DNA of 64,000 nucleotides. It comes from the human T2T-CHM13v2.0 reference genome, Homo sapiens. Positions within the stretch are counted from its first letter, which is position 1. Each line of letters begins with the position of its first letter. Below the pieces are notes generated by a model. It made no database searches. It saw nothing but the letters and a program-made list of their open reading frames with translations, and had not been told where the DNA came from. Shown in pieces: positions 1-25,275 of the stretch. The stretch is from the NCBI RefSeq assembly GCF_009914755.1, contig NC_060929.1, one strand, 5' to 3'. The translations under genes and the position numbers were made by a program.

Positions 1-1504
<1,504 letters not shown>

Positions 1505-2046
1505 GCTGTGGGCCCAGACTACAGCCTGGAATGGGGAAGGCCTGGGGTGGAAAGGCAGGGGAGGGAGGGTGTGTGTAGGTATGTGCATGTGCCTGTGCCA
1601 CCCTGGGTGCCAGTCTCTCCTTCTGTAGCTCCGCAAAGCTCTGGGCTTGTGTGAGAGTGTCGGTGTGTGTGCATGTGTGGGGGTGAGTCTGCATGTGCAC
1701 CTGTCATGTGTAGAAGCTTGTATTTGTGTACAGGTGTGCCAGCCCATGCAGGTGTACACAGACACACCTGTGGGAGGCTGTGTGCAGGCTGCAGGATATC
1801 TGGGTATGATTTCAGGTCCTCTGCACGTGTACACATGACTAGGATAGGCAGGAGTAAGGGTGGGTCTGGGTATATGACTGTGCAGCTGTTTGTGCATAGA
1901 TGTTGGTGCCTGCGTTACTGAATTTGCACACCTCCTTGCCACCTTCCTTCCTCCAAGATACCATCTCCTCATCCTAACCCAGGTCTTCGGCACCACCACA
2001 ATTAATTCCCTTCCCAACACTTGCCTGATGGAAAAAAAACAAAGGA

Positions 2047-2052
2047 ATTAAA
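2047..2052 (+). terminator. SLC34A1: Probable SLC34A1 polyadenylation signal (ATTAAA)
   Basis: First common variant hexamer I found downstream of the stop codon, about 540 nt away. Cleavage site not verifiable from sequence. Confidence 0.55.
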
Positions 2053-3338
2053 ACTCTCCTCAGGCATTCGGAAGTCTTTTTGCTCTCCATCAATGGCAAA
2101 GGGAAGACCAAGCCAGGGGGTTCAGCAGCACCATCTCCCCTCAAAGACTGGCTGCAAGAGCAGCCTGCCCTGCCCAGGCCAGGTGCAGTTCCAGAGAAGC
2201 CAGCCCTGCAGGCTCACCCCAACCATCTGCCTGGCCCTACCTTAGTGAGTCCAAACCACAATTCAAACTCCCTGGAAGCCCCTCCTAGGCCTGGGGCCAC
2301 CCCCAAGGCAAGTGTAAGGAGGATTCTGCACCCCCACCCCCTGACCCCCACCTGGCTGAACTTCCTCTGGTCTCCCTCTGCCCTCTAAATTCACCCACCT
2401 CAGCCACACATCACTCCTTCCTGCTGGGATAAGATCAGGGCTCCAGAATAAGTGACAGGTGGGGTCTGCCATCAGGGCCGCTGGGGGAGGGGACGGGAAG
2501 GGTGGGGGTGGGCAAGAGAGGCCATGCCCTGGGCCCCAGCACATGGAGGGCAGGGACCAGACACCCTCCCTCCCACTTTTGTCCACTATCTTTGGGCAAT
2601 AAACCAGGCCTCAAACTTACCCAAGCTTTTCAATTCCCCCTCCTCCATAGGTCACCCTGAAACTGAGGCCTGCAGAGTGAGACTCCCGGGTAGGGATGCC
2701 AGAGTTCCTCCCTCTAGTCCAGGGACTCCTGCGGGGCCTTTTCGAAGGCCTGGGGAAGGCAGGATGTAAGGTCTCAAACCCAATTGCGATGGTCTTGGAC
2801 ATGAGCCCTCTCAGTAGGCTCCCCTTGGAGGAATGTGGGCAGAGATGCAGAGGCCTGTGAGCCCCAGAACTGCTTTACAAGCCACCAAGCCCATCCTGTC
2901 ACCCACTCACAACTTGCTAGTGCTTGAGGTATGAGTGGAGGGGGGAGGAGCAAATTGGCCTCCAGCCTGACACCCTGATGGGGAGAGGTGTTCGCGGGAT
3001 GGGGAGGGGGCTCCCTTTACTTGTCCTGCCTAATGTGTGGGAATATCTCTGAGAAAGGACGCTAAGGCTGAAACAGACTTTGAGAAGCCCCCACCCTTGG
3101 ACTCTTCCTCAGCTGCGGAGTCCCTAGGACCCTGGGAACGCGCCAAGGAGCAGCAGTCAGGCCAGGAGCCTCTGCAAGGCGTCCATGGGAGAGCAGGGTG
3201 TAGGGCACAGGGGCCTGGCAGCCTCTAGACTCAAAATCCCGGCTCCACCAGGTAACCGTCTTGCAAAGACCAGTTTCCTTATTTACAACTCCCCCCACCG
3301 CGCAAGTGGAGGAGGAGCCAGCCGCGCCCAGGTCACAG

Positions 3339-3344
3339 TTTATT
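3339..3344 (-). terminator. PFN3: PFN3 polyadenylation signal AATAAA
   Basis: TTTATT on +, 36 nt beyond the PFN3 stop. Confidence 0.8.
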
Positions 3345-3380
3345 TGGCCCGCGCTACCAGTGGGCGGCCTGGCTGGCCGG

Positions 3381-3794
3381 CTAGGCGCCCTGCATGCGCA
3401 GCCCGCGTATGAGTTCGTGCACCGTCTTGTTGAGGATGCCCCCATGTACGCCGCGTCGGCCCATTAGCACCAGGAGCGCGCGCGGCGCACGGCCCACGCA
3501 CACGGCGCGCGCGTCCAGCCCCTTGGTGCGTGCGTCCAGCACGCCGTCACCCTCGGCCAGCAGGTGGTCGCGGATGACGCAGCAGCGGCGGCCCCCCACG
3601 CTCAGGCCCGCCTGCAGGAAGGTGTGCCTGTCCGGCCCCGTGAGCACGCCCACCTCCTGCGGCGAGATGGCCGCCAGCAGGCCCCCGGGCCGCGAAGCCC
3701 ACACGCAGCTGTTGTCCGCATGGCCCACGATGGCCACGTCGTCGATGCGCTGGTCCCGCAGCACTGCACTGATGTAGACCTTCCAGTCGCCCAT
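3381..3794 (-). CDS. PFN3: Profilin-3 (testis profilin), single exon, 137 aa
   Basis: ATG at 3794 gives [38 protein letters not shown]...[23 protein letters not shown], a profilin-type sequence. 414 nt including stop. Confidence 0.97.
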   Translation of the reverse strand: MGDWKVYISAVLRDQRIDDVAIVGHADNSCVWASRPGGLLAAISPQEVGVLTGPDRHTFLQAGLSVGGRRCCVIRDHLLAEGDGVLDARTKGLDARAVCVGRAPRALLVLMGRRGVHGGILNKTVHELIRGLRMQGA

Positions 3795-3834
3795 CGCGCT
3801 CCGAGTGCGCCCAGCCGCCTCGCACCTCTCGGGG

Positions 3835-3905
3835 AAATATAGAGGCGCCACGCGGGGAAGGCCTGCGGCGCTGTGAGGCAGGCTGGGCGGGGCTGTGACG
3901 TCACA
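3835..3905 (-). promoter_or_regulatory. PFN3: PFN3 promoter: TATA-like TATATTT, GC box and full palindromic CRE
   Basis: TATATTT (minus) 3835-3841; GGGCGGGG 3885-3892; TGTGACGTCACA 3894-3905 containing TGACGTCA 3896-3903. Lies in a CpG-rich stretch of about 3300-4000. Confidence 0.7.
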
Positions 3906-4002
3906 CAAGGCGCCGTCCCGGAGCGACCACCCAGGCTGGGGCACGTGGGGCGTGGGCGTTTAGTGCTGTCGCAGTTCTAAGGTTATCCTGTAGGATGGGT
4001 TT

Positions 4003-4308
4003 GGCAGAGCGCAGCGGCTCACTCCTGTAATCCCAGCGCTTTGGGAGGCCGAGGCGGGCGGATCGCTTGAACTCAGTAGCGAGATTATAGTAAACTATTA
4101 TAGGATCGTGTCGCTGCACGCCAGCCTGAGCCACAGAGCGAGGCCCCGTCTCTAAAAAAGCAAAAACAAATTTTAATTAAAAAAAATTTTTTTGAGATGA
4201 GGTCTCACTATGTTGCCCAGGCGGGTCAGGAAGTCTTGAGCTCAAACAATCCTCCCGCCTCAGCCTCTCAAAGTGACGAGATTACAGGCGTGAACCACCG
4301 CATCTGGC
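4003..4308. mobile_element. Tail-to-tail pair of old Alu/FLAM fragments (about 4003-4172 +, about 4186-4308 -)
   Basis: GGCTCACTCCTGTAATCCCAGC...GGGAGGCCGAGG with an A-rich tail, then reverse-oriented GAGATGAGGTCTCACTATGTTGCCCAGG...GATTACAGGCGTGA. Confidence 0.8.
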
Positions 4309-4411
4309 CAATCTATTTTTAATTTTAAAAAGCTGGTTTTGTGAAAAAAGGATGTTGTGTCTGGACAGCCAGACCTTCACTTGTAAGGGAACCAACCATT
4401 CAACCCCCAGA

Positions 4412-4592
4412 TTGTGGTTCTTAAGCATGAGAGAACATCAGAATCCCCCGCAAGGCTGTTAAACAGATTGCTGGGCCCCACCCCAGACTTTCTGTTCAGC
4501 AGTATAAAGTGTAGCCCGAGAATTTGTTATGTGTAACAAGTTCCCTGGTGATGGTACTGCTAGCCAAGGGACTCTCAGACCCACTACACTAG
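4412..4592. mobile_element. MER5-like hAT-Charlie DNA transposon relic
   Basis: GTGGTTCTTAAG...CATCAGAATC...CAGATTGCTGGGCCCCACCCCAGA...TAACAAGTTCCCTGGTGATG resembles MER5A as I recall it. A second MER5-like relic lies at about 4958-5130. Confidence 0.6.
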
Positions 4593-4736
4593 TGCGTGTT
4601 GGGGTGGGGACAACGATATGTCACCCAGCCCTTAGGGTCCACGCCACAGTCAATGCTCTTTTTTTCTATTTTCTTTTTTCTTTTCTTTCTGTCTCTCTCT
4701 TTCCCTCCCTCTGTTCCTTCCTTCCTTCCTTCCTGC

Positions 4737-4937
4737 CGGTTCAAGTGATTCTCCTGCCTCAGCCTCCTGAGTAGCTGGGACTACAGGCGCACGCCGCCGT
4801 GCCCGGCTAATTTCTTGTATTTTAGTAGAGACGGGGTTTCATCGTGTTGCCCAGGCTGGTTTCGAACTCCTGAGCAATCCACCTGCCTTGGCCTCTTAAA
4901 GTGCTAGGATTACAGGCGTGAGCCACCGCGCCCGGCC
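4737..4937 (-). mobile_element. Partial Alu with adjacent CT-rich tail
   Basis: GGTTCAAGTGATTCTCCTGCCTCAGCCTCC...GATTACAGGCGTGAGCCACCGCGCCCGGCC. Confidence 0.85.
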
Positions 4938-5376
4938 AATGCTAAGTATTTCTAACCACGATTCTCAACCTTGGCTGTACATGGAATTATCTGGGGAGTT
5001 TTACAAATATACCACTACCCATGCCCCATCCCTAGACATACTGATTTAATTGGTCTGAGGTGGAACTTGGGCATAGATTGGCTCAAAACGCTCCCCAAGT
5101 GATCTTAATGTATGGTCTGAGAACTACTGCTCTGTAAACAAAATGTTAGTTTCTCATAAGGAATAACATGCAGCTTCTCCTTGCACAGGGCTTGGTATAC
5201 AGTATCCTAGGCTCAGTAAACATTAGCTGGGCTGGCATCTAGATTTTGCACGTTAAGATCTCATAGACCTTGTTCTCTGAGAGCTGTGGAGAAGCTGTGA
5301 ATCGCTTTTCTGTCTTGGCATTTCCCGGCGGGACCCATGAAGAAAAGAGCTTTCCTTCTCAGCATTTTCAAAGCAC

Positions 5377-5382
5377 TTTATT
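5377..5382 (-). terminator. F12: F12 polyadenylation signal AATAAA
   Basis: TTTATT on +, about 130 nt beyond the F12 stop codon. Confidence 0.85.
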
Positions 5383-5509
5383 GAGTTCCTGCGCCATCCT
5401 GGCGCGGAGCTGGCCGCACTGGGGGAATGGGACACAATCTTGCCTTCCATGCCCCAGCCACTCTCTCACTGCGGAATCACCAAGGAGGGAAAGATGAGTC
5501 CCTGAGCAA

Positions 5510-12741
<7,232 letters not shown>

Positions 12742-12745
<4 letters not shown>

Positions 12746-12750
12746 GGCAT
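12742..12750 (-). other. F12: F12 c.-4T (46T) allele: upstream out-of-frame ATG giving an ATG-CCA-TGA mini uORF that overlaps the start codon
   Basis: Minus strand reads GG ATG CC ATG AGG. The T at c.-4 (window 12749) creates the uATG. Confidence 0.9.
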
Positions 12751-12797
12751 CCGTCCGTTGGTCCAGCTGCCTATCCAGGAGTCCAGATCAATAGGAC

Positions 12798-12837
12798 TGG
12801 CCAAAGGTCTTGGAAATAGAGATTGGTCAAGCTGCCC
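12798..12837 (-). promoter_or_regulatory. F12: F12 proximal promoter: HNF4 DR1 site and imperfect oestrogen response element
   Basis: TGGCCAAAGGTCT 12798-12810 (HNF4-type CAAAG core) and GGTCAagcTGCCC 12825-12837 (ERE with one mismatch). Both match the established TATA-less F12 promoter architecture. Confidence 0.8.
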
Positions 12838-13123
12838 TCCTGAGCCTGGTGGGGCACAGGCTGTTTGTGGAAAGCCAAGTGGAGCAACTTCCTTGGTCAC
12901 CCCTTGAGGGCCGGAAAGTTGGGAGTTTGTGGGTGGGGGTGAAATGAAGAGCTGGGCTCCTCCTCTCTTTTCTAGATAGTGGGACTGGAAGCAGAAGAAG
13001 GGACATTCTTATGCTCTGGGTCCTGTGGAGATCAGGAGGTTAAGGAGATCAAAGATCATGGGGATCTTGGAGTCCACTGTGAAGTGTGTTCATTTTCTAT
13101 TGTCATGTAACAAACTACCATAA

Positions 13124-13375
<252 letters not shown>

Positions 13376-13409
13376 TAGCCAGGATGGTCTCGATCTCCTG
13401 ACCTCGTGA

Positions 13410-13730
<321 letters not shown>

Positions 13731-14688
13731 TAGCCAGGATGGTCTCGATCTCCTGACCTCGTGATCTGCCCGCCTTGGCCTCCCAAAGTGCTGGGATTAC
13801 AGGTATGAGCCACCATGCCTGGCCCTGCCATTCTCCTTATTTTAAGGTCAAACAATTTGGGACTTAAATTACATGTGCAAAATTCTTTCACAGAAGCATC
13901 TACATTCATGTTTGACAGAATAACTGGGAGGTGTGCAAACACCAGGGGTAGAGATCTTGGGGCCATCTTAGCATTCTACCAACCACAGGAAGTGAGGCAA
14001 GAAAGCAAATGATTTAATGAGAAAAGTGCTAAACCAAGGGGCACTAAGATGTGCAGCTGGAACATGAGAAGAAGACGGGGTGCACATGTGCTGCCCAGCA
14101 TCTGTCCTGGTTCGGTAATGACACTTTGATTTTTCCTTTAGCAACGACTCCTCTCTTACTTCTTCCATGGGCTCTAGTGCTGCCAACTCTACCCTCAGAG
14201 CTAGGGCTAGAGATGTGGCCTAGGTCTGGTCAATCAGAGCATGACATCTCTAATCCACAGTGATTGGTTCAGAGATAAGCATATACACAATTTAGGCCAA
14301 TTAAAGTGCTAGCTTGGGACTTTTGCCAGAACTTTTGGGAAAGCAAAAAAGTTGCACTGGGGTTACTAAGCACAGAGCATGTGGGTCTGAACACATTGAT
14401 GATCACCTTTGTCACTCTCTAGGGAGGGCCTGTTTGAGAATGAAGCCTACACATAGGAAAAGCAAAGCAAACAGGGCAGGAAGGATGGAAAGATGCTGTG
14501 GTAGACAGCCTCAAAGACAGCCCCCATTGATCCTCACCACCTAGGATTCATGCCCTTGTATGGTGTCTTCCCACATTGAGTTAGGGCTGTTCTGTGTGTC
14601 CATCAGAATATGACAGAAGTGGCTGGGTGTGGTGGCTCACACCTGTAATCCCAGCACTTTGGGATGCCAAGGCAGGCAGATCACTCTA

Positions 14689-14985
<297 letters not shown>

Positions 14986-16457
14986 TTAGGTTGCTCACTC
15001 TGGAGGAAGCCAGCCACTGTGTTGTGAGGACACACATGCAGCCCTGCAGAGAAGCCCATGTAGGGAGAAAGGAAAGCACCCTGCTGACAGCCAGTGCCAA
15101 TTGGACAGCCACATGAATAAGCTGCCTTGGAAGTGGATACTGCAGCCCTCGCTGACATTTGGCTTGCAATCTTATGAAAGACCTCAAGGCAAAACTGACC
15201 ATCAGAAACTGTGATAAATCATCATTAAATGTTGTTGCTTTAAGCCACAAGTTAGGGTGATTTGTTACACGACATTTGAGAACTAGTACTGATGGATTGA
15301 TTTCTCATGACTTTGAGAGCCTACATCCTAAAACTAGAAGTATCCTTAAGACTTGGTCAGTTATGGCTAGGCACAGTGGCTCACGCCTGTAATCCCAACA
15401 CTCTGGGAGGCTGGGGATCACTTGAGGATCACTTGAGCCCAGGAGTTCCAGACTGATGTAGGCAACATAGTGAGATCCCATCTCTCCAAAAAAATTTAAC
15501 ATTAGCCAGGCATGGTGGCGCGTGCCTGTAGTTCCGGCTACTTGTGAGTCTGAGGCAGGAGGATTGCTTGAGCCCAGAGGTCCAAAATGCTGTGAGCCGT
15601 GATTGTGCCACTGCACTCCAGTCTGGGAAGCAGACTGAGACTGTATCTCCAAAAAAAAAAAAAAATAGACTTCTCAGTTATATGAGCCAATAAAACCAAT
15701 TTGAGTGGACTTCTGTCACTTTCAGTTATACAAAGTCCTAAGTTATACAAAGTAATTTATGGGAAATGAAGACTGAGTGTAGCAATTTATTAATTCTGCT
15801 GGAAGAGAGGCAGGCTGTGGAAGACTTCTTGGAACAGAAACACAGAAAGAGGAGGGCAGGAGAGGAGGGGCACCTTTCCAACCACTGGTTTCAAAGGTAA
15901 CTGGTTTCAAAGTCATTGACGTGACAGCTGTTAACTCCATGATGAAAGTGAAACTATTAGATATATTGACGAGTCATTAAAGCGAAACTACCTTTGTCAC
16001 CTTTTTTGTTGTTTCAAAGAGACTCGGTCTTATTAAGTTGCCCAGGCTAGCCTGGAACTTCTGGGCGCAAGTGATCCTCTCGCTTCATCCTCCTGAATAG
16101 CTGGGATTACAGGTTCATGCCATCATGCCTGGCTCTGTCAGTTCTTGATTGCTCCTGAGTATAGACCCTGGCCCTAAGGCCACTCCCACATTGGCTCCTT
16201 CCTCTTGGGGAGAAGGCAGCTGTTCCTCTACATGGAAGGGGCCTTTTGAACAGGTCTTCGCCACAAGTAGGGGTTTGCAGGCAGAGTGAGTAATACAACT
16301 GCACAGAAGCCTGAATGCAGCGTGTCAAATGGGGAATGTGGTGAGCATAAGGTGCCTTGTAGGGAGTGTGAGATGAGGTGTCAGGTGGACATTAATGGTC
16401 ATTTGGATGTTCAACATCCATCTCCCTTCCTCTTCCTCTCCCAGTTTCATTTTGTGA

Positions 16458-16733
<276 letters not shown>

Positions 16734-18709
16734 TGACCTCATGATCTGCCCACCTCGGCCTCCCGAAGTGCTGGAATTACAGGCGTGAGCCACCACACCC
16801 GGCTGAAAGGGTACTTTCTAGAGACCATCTCCACTATGGAAGCCTAATGGACCAGACCAACCTCTCCCTACCATAGTATAGCCAGAGGGACCTAAACTCA
16901 GCCAATAGTGTTTTCTCCCAGGGCTCTGAATCCTGATCAAGCCACACAAGGATGGCAGGAAAAGCTGGAGGTCTGGCATTGCACCACCTGTGCCCTGACC
17001 AAATCATCCCGGCTACATGGCATTAAGTCAGGATGCCTTCCAAAAACCAAGCATATGCAGTAGGGCAATTCGAATTCATCATCCCATGTCACCAGATGTC
17101 TGGAGCAGCAGGACTCCAGGAACAGTGCTTTCAGTGGTTCAACAATGTCATCAAGAACCCAAGTTCTTTCTTTTTTTGTTTGTCTTCTGTGTGCAGACCT
17201 TCAGGCTGCCTGCCCTCATGGTCACAAGATGGCTGTCACAGCTCCAGGAATCACACTTCAACTCAATTATGTTCAAGCAAAGAAGAGGCACCTTCCCTTC
17301 CACTAGCTCCTTCTTAGGAATGAGGAACCCTCCCTCAAATCTCAAGCAGACCTCTCCTCATGCTTTCTTAGCTAGAACAGGCTCACATGACATCCCTAAG
17401 CCATGTTTGGCAAGGAAAAGGGGATCCCCATCACTGGCCTAAACCTATTAACCCTGGATCTGGGTCAGAGGCATGTGAGGTAAAGTGGCCACTGGAACAG
17501 AACTGGGACTCTGCAAACAGGGAAGAGCGGTGGCATGGATATTAGGTGGACAACTTCCGTGTCTGCTCAAGGGAAATCACTGTACTTCCTGCTTCCTAGT
17601 CTTCCAGTGGCTCTTAATTCCTGCACATTTCCAAGCCTATTCCTTCGAGCTGATGCCGTGAACTCCCGAAGACCTTCTCACAAAGTAAATTCCCTTTTGT
17701 TGAAGCAGCTAGAGTCATTTTCTGTTGCTTGCAACCAAGAGCTCTCTCTTCCTCATGCTCCCAGCCTACTTAGCCACCTAGTTCTGTTCATTCCACTATT
17801 TAAATATTTTTCTTTTTTTTCTTTTTTGAGGCAGGGTGTCAGTCTGTTGCTCAGGCTAGAGTGCAGTGACGTGATCATGGCTCACTGCAGCCTTAGCATC
17901 CCAGGCTCTAAGCAATCCTCCCACCTCAGCCTCCTAAGTAGCTGGGATACAGACGTGCAGCACCACACCCAGCTAATTTTTTAATTTTTTGTAGAGGTGA
18001 GGTGTCACTGTGTTCCCCAGGTTGGTCTCAAACTCCTGGGCTCAAGCTATCTCCTCAACCTCAGCTTCCCAAAGTGCTGAGATTACAGGTATGAGCCACC
18101 GCACCAGGCTACATAAATATTTCTCAAATCTCTCCATCTCTCTCAATTTCTACTGCCCCTTCTTTGACTTCCAGAAAATTCAAGGTAGCTACAGCTGTGA
18201 AACATAATTTGAGAGCCTGTGATGGATGTCTATCATTTCCTGTTTACCATTCATTCTCCCTGCTTCTAGAAATGGCCCTCATTGTTTCTTTGGGGAATCG
18301 CTCCTCCCCACCCTGCGTCAATATACATAAAATAAAGCCTACCCTATCCCTTGGCTGAGGGTGGAGTGGGCATTTGATCTAGACCTGGCCAATCGGAACA
18401 CCACCTCTGTCTTCAGCGATTGGTTCAAATGAACACCTGAATTAGGTGGGCGTGGTGGTGCACGCCTGTGGTCCCAGCTACCTAGGAGGCTGAGGTGGGA
18501 TGATGGCTTGAGCCTAGAAGGCAGAGGTTGCAGTGAGCCAAGATCGCACCACTGCACTCTAGCCTGGACGACAGAGCCAGACTCTATCTCAAAAGAAAAA
18601 AAAAAAGAACACCTAACCCACATCGAACCAGTGAGAGGCAGCCCCAGGATTTTTGCTGGAATTATAAAGCTAGAGGCCTTCTCTTTCCATGGAGGTTGTC
18701 ACATTCCTA

Positions 18710-19162
<453 letters not shown>

Positions 19163-19330
19163 TCACGTCTGTAATCCCAGCACTTTGGGAGGCCAAGGCG
19201 GGTGGATCACGAGGTCAAGAGATCGAGACCATCCTGGCCAACATGGTGAAACCCCGTCTCTACTAAAAAAAAAAAAAAAAAAAAAAATTAGCCTGGAGTG
19301 GTGGCACGCAACTGTAATCCCAGCTACTCA

Positions 19331-19531
<201 letters not shown>

Positions 19532-20150
19532 CTATGCTTTTCTGTTACCTGAACCCCAAAATTCCTTTTTTTGCCTGAGCTAATTTTAGTTTCAACCAAA
19601 AGTCCTAACTTATGCTGCCAGACTTCATACACTGTTACCAGGAAGTTCCCAAAACAAAACAAAACAAAACAAACCCCTTCATGTGATCATGATGGGTAAG
19701 TCAGTAGTTTAAAGGACGGGAAAATACTGACCTTAGAAGCAGGGTAGGGAAGCACTGGACTTGAGTCAGGAAGGCTTCCACTCCCACCTTGGCCACCGCC
19801 CCGCAGTGTGATGACGGCTAAGGAGCTCGGCCTCTCTCAATCTGCATTGCCACATCTCTGTAGGGAGGGATGGGCACTCATGCTGTCTGGTAGACTTGTT
19901 GAGGTGTTTGAATGGGATTGCATGTGAAAAGGCAGAGCCTGGCGTGTGGTTGGAGCTCAATCCATAGAGGTGTACAAAGAAACTTTCCAATGTGGATACA
20001 TTTTTCTCTATAATTTCTGCACACTTGTCCCCAGATCTTCTTGCACATCTGGCTGTCTTCCACCAATTGCTGTAGACCAGAGCAGAAAGGCAGTGTCCCC
20101 TTGACCTGGCTTCTGTCTTTCTGCAGCTGGGCGGTGGGTCCATGGGATGA

Positions 20151-20489
<339 letters not shown>

Positions 20490-20670
20490 TGAGCCACCAT
20501 GCCCGGCCCCCACTTCCTCTTTAGCAGGGACTTGGGACATAGATTTCATGTGGTTGCAGAACTGCCTGTTCAAGGAGACGTTGGGGGGATCAGAAGGTAC
20601 CCAGCCTGCCATCCTTCACACCTTGGCTGGTGGTACTGTTGCTTCCCCAGTCAGACTGTTGAACTGTTGA

Positions 20671-21003
<333 letters not shown>

Positions 21004-21810
21004 TGACTAGGTGCTACCATGTTGGACAGTGCAGCTCCTGATGGAAGCAGGAAGAAGCTCAGCGTGTGGCTGCTGGTGCACACCGAATGAGAAGGAGAGG
21101 GCATGAAATAACGCTGGAGAGGGAAGCAGGGCCCGGATCAAGTTGGGCCATTGTGGGCCACGGGGAAGAACATAGGGTTTTTAACATTTTAATTGTTTAT
21201 TTTTTGTAGAGCTAAGTCTCACTATGTTGTTGCCCAGGCTGGCCTTGAAATCCTAGGATCAAGTGAGCCTCCCACCTCATCCTCCCAAGTAGCTGGGACT
21301 ACAGGAGGTTTTTTTAAATTATTATTTATTTATTTATTTATTTTTTTGGAGACAGTTCTTGCTCTGTTACCCAGGCTGGAGTGCAATGGTATGATCATGG
21401 CTCACTGCAGCCTCAAGGAGGTTTTATTTTTTAAGTGTAATGAGAAGTGTATTAATTATCTATGGCTGCATAACAAATTGTCCCAAAATTTAGCAGCTTA
21501 AAATGACATTTATGGAGACTGATTTCAATGATAACTCCAGTTCTCTCACGTGGGCCAGCCTCACATCAATTAAACTCTTTTTTTTTTTTTTTTTTTGAGA
21601 CAGAGTCTCGCTCTGTTGCCTAGGCTGGAGTGTATAGTGACACGATTTTGGCTCACTGCAACCTCTGCCTCCTAGGTTCAAGGGATTCTCCTGCCTCAGC
21701 CTCCCAAGTAGTTGGGACTACAAGTGCCCACCACAACACCTGGCTAATTTTTATATTTTTAGTAGAGATGGGGTTTCACTATGTTGGCGAGGCTAGTCTC
21801 GAACTCCTGA

Positions 21811-22186
<376 letters not shown>

Positions 22187-22547
22187 TAAACTCTTTTTAA
22201 AAAAGATATTTATGGGTCACAGTTTCTATGGGTCAGGAACCCGGCACTTTTTAACTGAGTGCCACTGGATCAGCATCTCTCACAAGGCTGCATCGGAGGG
22301 TCAGCTGAGGCTGCCGGGGGAAGGATCCACTTCCAAGTTCACTTACAAAGCTGTTGGCTAGAGACATCAGTTGCCTGCCACATAGGGTCTCTCCATCTCA
22401 CAACCTAACAGGTGGTTTCTCTCAGACTGAGCCAGTGAGGGAGCAAGAGGAGTTACGTAAGATGGTAGCCACAATCTTTTAGTAATCTCATGTTGGAAAT
22501 GACATTCCATCACTTTGGCTGCATTCCTTCCATTGGAAGTGAGTCAA

Positions 22548-23742
<1,195 letters not shown>

Positions 23743-23787
23743 TCAGGAGGTCCACCTGACACTTAAGGGGATCTTAAGGCTGTGAAT

Positions 23788-23958
23788 ACCAGGAAGAAGC
23801 AGAGATCCACGGACCAGGAAGAAGCAGAGATCCACGGACCAGGAAGAAGCAGAGATCCACGGACCAGGAAGAAGCAGAGATCCACGGACCAGGAAGAAGC
23901 AGAGATCCACGGACCAGGAAGAAGCAGAGATCCACGGACCAGGAAGAAGCAGAGATCC
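23788..23958 (+). repeat. Minisatellite, 25-bp unit ACCAGGAAGAAGCAGAGATCCACGG, about 6.8 perfect copies
   Basis: Units start at 23788, 23813, 23838, 23863, 23888, 23913 and 23938 (partial), with no internal mismatches. Confidence 0.97.
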
Positions 23959-24887
23959 GTGGTGGCAGGGGTACCTTAGAGGTTGCCTACCACAGGCAGC
24001 CACTGGAGAGTTCTGAGTAAGAGTGACAGGATCCGGCTGATTGTTTTTAAGACAGGCCATCCAGTCACACAATGCAAGATTAAAGGTGCAAAAAGGGAGG
24101 TGAAAAACCTCCCTCCCACCCCCATCCCCAGCCATTTAACTACCCCTTCCCAGATGCAAGCAGCATTTCTGCTGCCTCACGTGGCCTTCCCAAGGTGGCA
24201 ACATATATATAAGCAAAACTGTCTGTGGTGGTTGTTAGTGTTGTTCACCAAACATTTCCAATTCTTTTCTCCTTCCAGGCCTATAGGAGTGATGCCAGGT
24301 ACCTGCTTCTGCATTATAAACTACTCCAAACTTAGTGGCCTGTTTTATCATGCTCATGGATTCTGTGGGTCAGGAATTCAGGCAGGACTCAGCAGGGAAG
24401 ATGCCAGGGACCTCAGCTGGATACTTGCATGGCTGGGGGTGACTCAAATTGCCAGGGGTTAGAATTATCATATGGAGGCTTCTTCACTCACATGTCTGGT
24501 GCTGGGGGTGGGATGACTGGATCATCCCAGCGTCCTGGGCTCAGCTGGGATTGTCAACCACAGTAGAGCACACACATGTGGCCTCTCCATTTGGCTAGGG
24601 CTTCTCACAGCAGCAGCTGACTGTGAGGAAAGAGCCCAAGAGGACAGTTCTGGGGAGCCGGCATTTTATGACAGCCAGGCCATATGGCCTTTCCTGACCT
24701 GGCCTCAGACTTCACTCTGCATCATTTCCACCATATTCTACCGATGACAAGAGAGTCATTAAGGTCAGACCAAATTCAAGGGGAGGGAAATTAAACTCTA
24801 TCTCTTGCTGTGGGGGTGGCAAGGTTCCATTGCAGAGGTGCCCATGGGATGGGAATGCATTGTTACACTCATCTTTAGAAAATATAA

Positions 24888-25275
<388 letters not shown>

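Noticed and set aside
3795-3944. 50-aa N-terminal extension of PFN3 suggested by the ORF track
   Set aside because: Starts at GTG and runs through the TATA-like element and CRE of the promoter. The ATG at 3794 gives the expected 137 aa.
15415-15436. Small duplications inside or near Alus (GGATCACTTGA twice; also ACAGAGCGAGACT near 23381-23410 and AGTTATACAAAGT near 15724-15753)
   Set aside because: Ordinary slippage events in neutrally evolving repeats.
23788-23958. CRISPR-like appearance of the 25-bp direct repeats, and ORFs across them
   Set aside because: The repeats are contiguous with no spacers, there are no cas genes, and the context is human. The unit lacks stops in all frames by composition.
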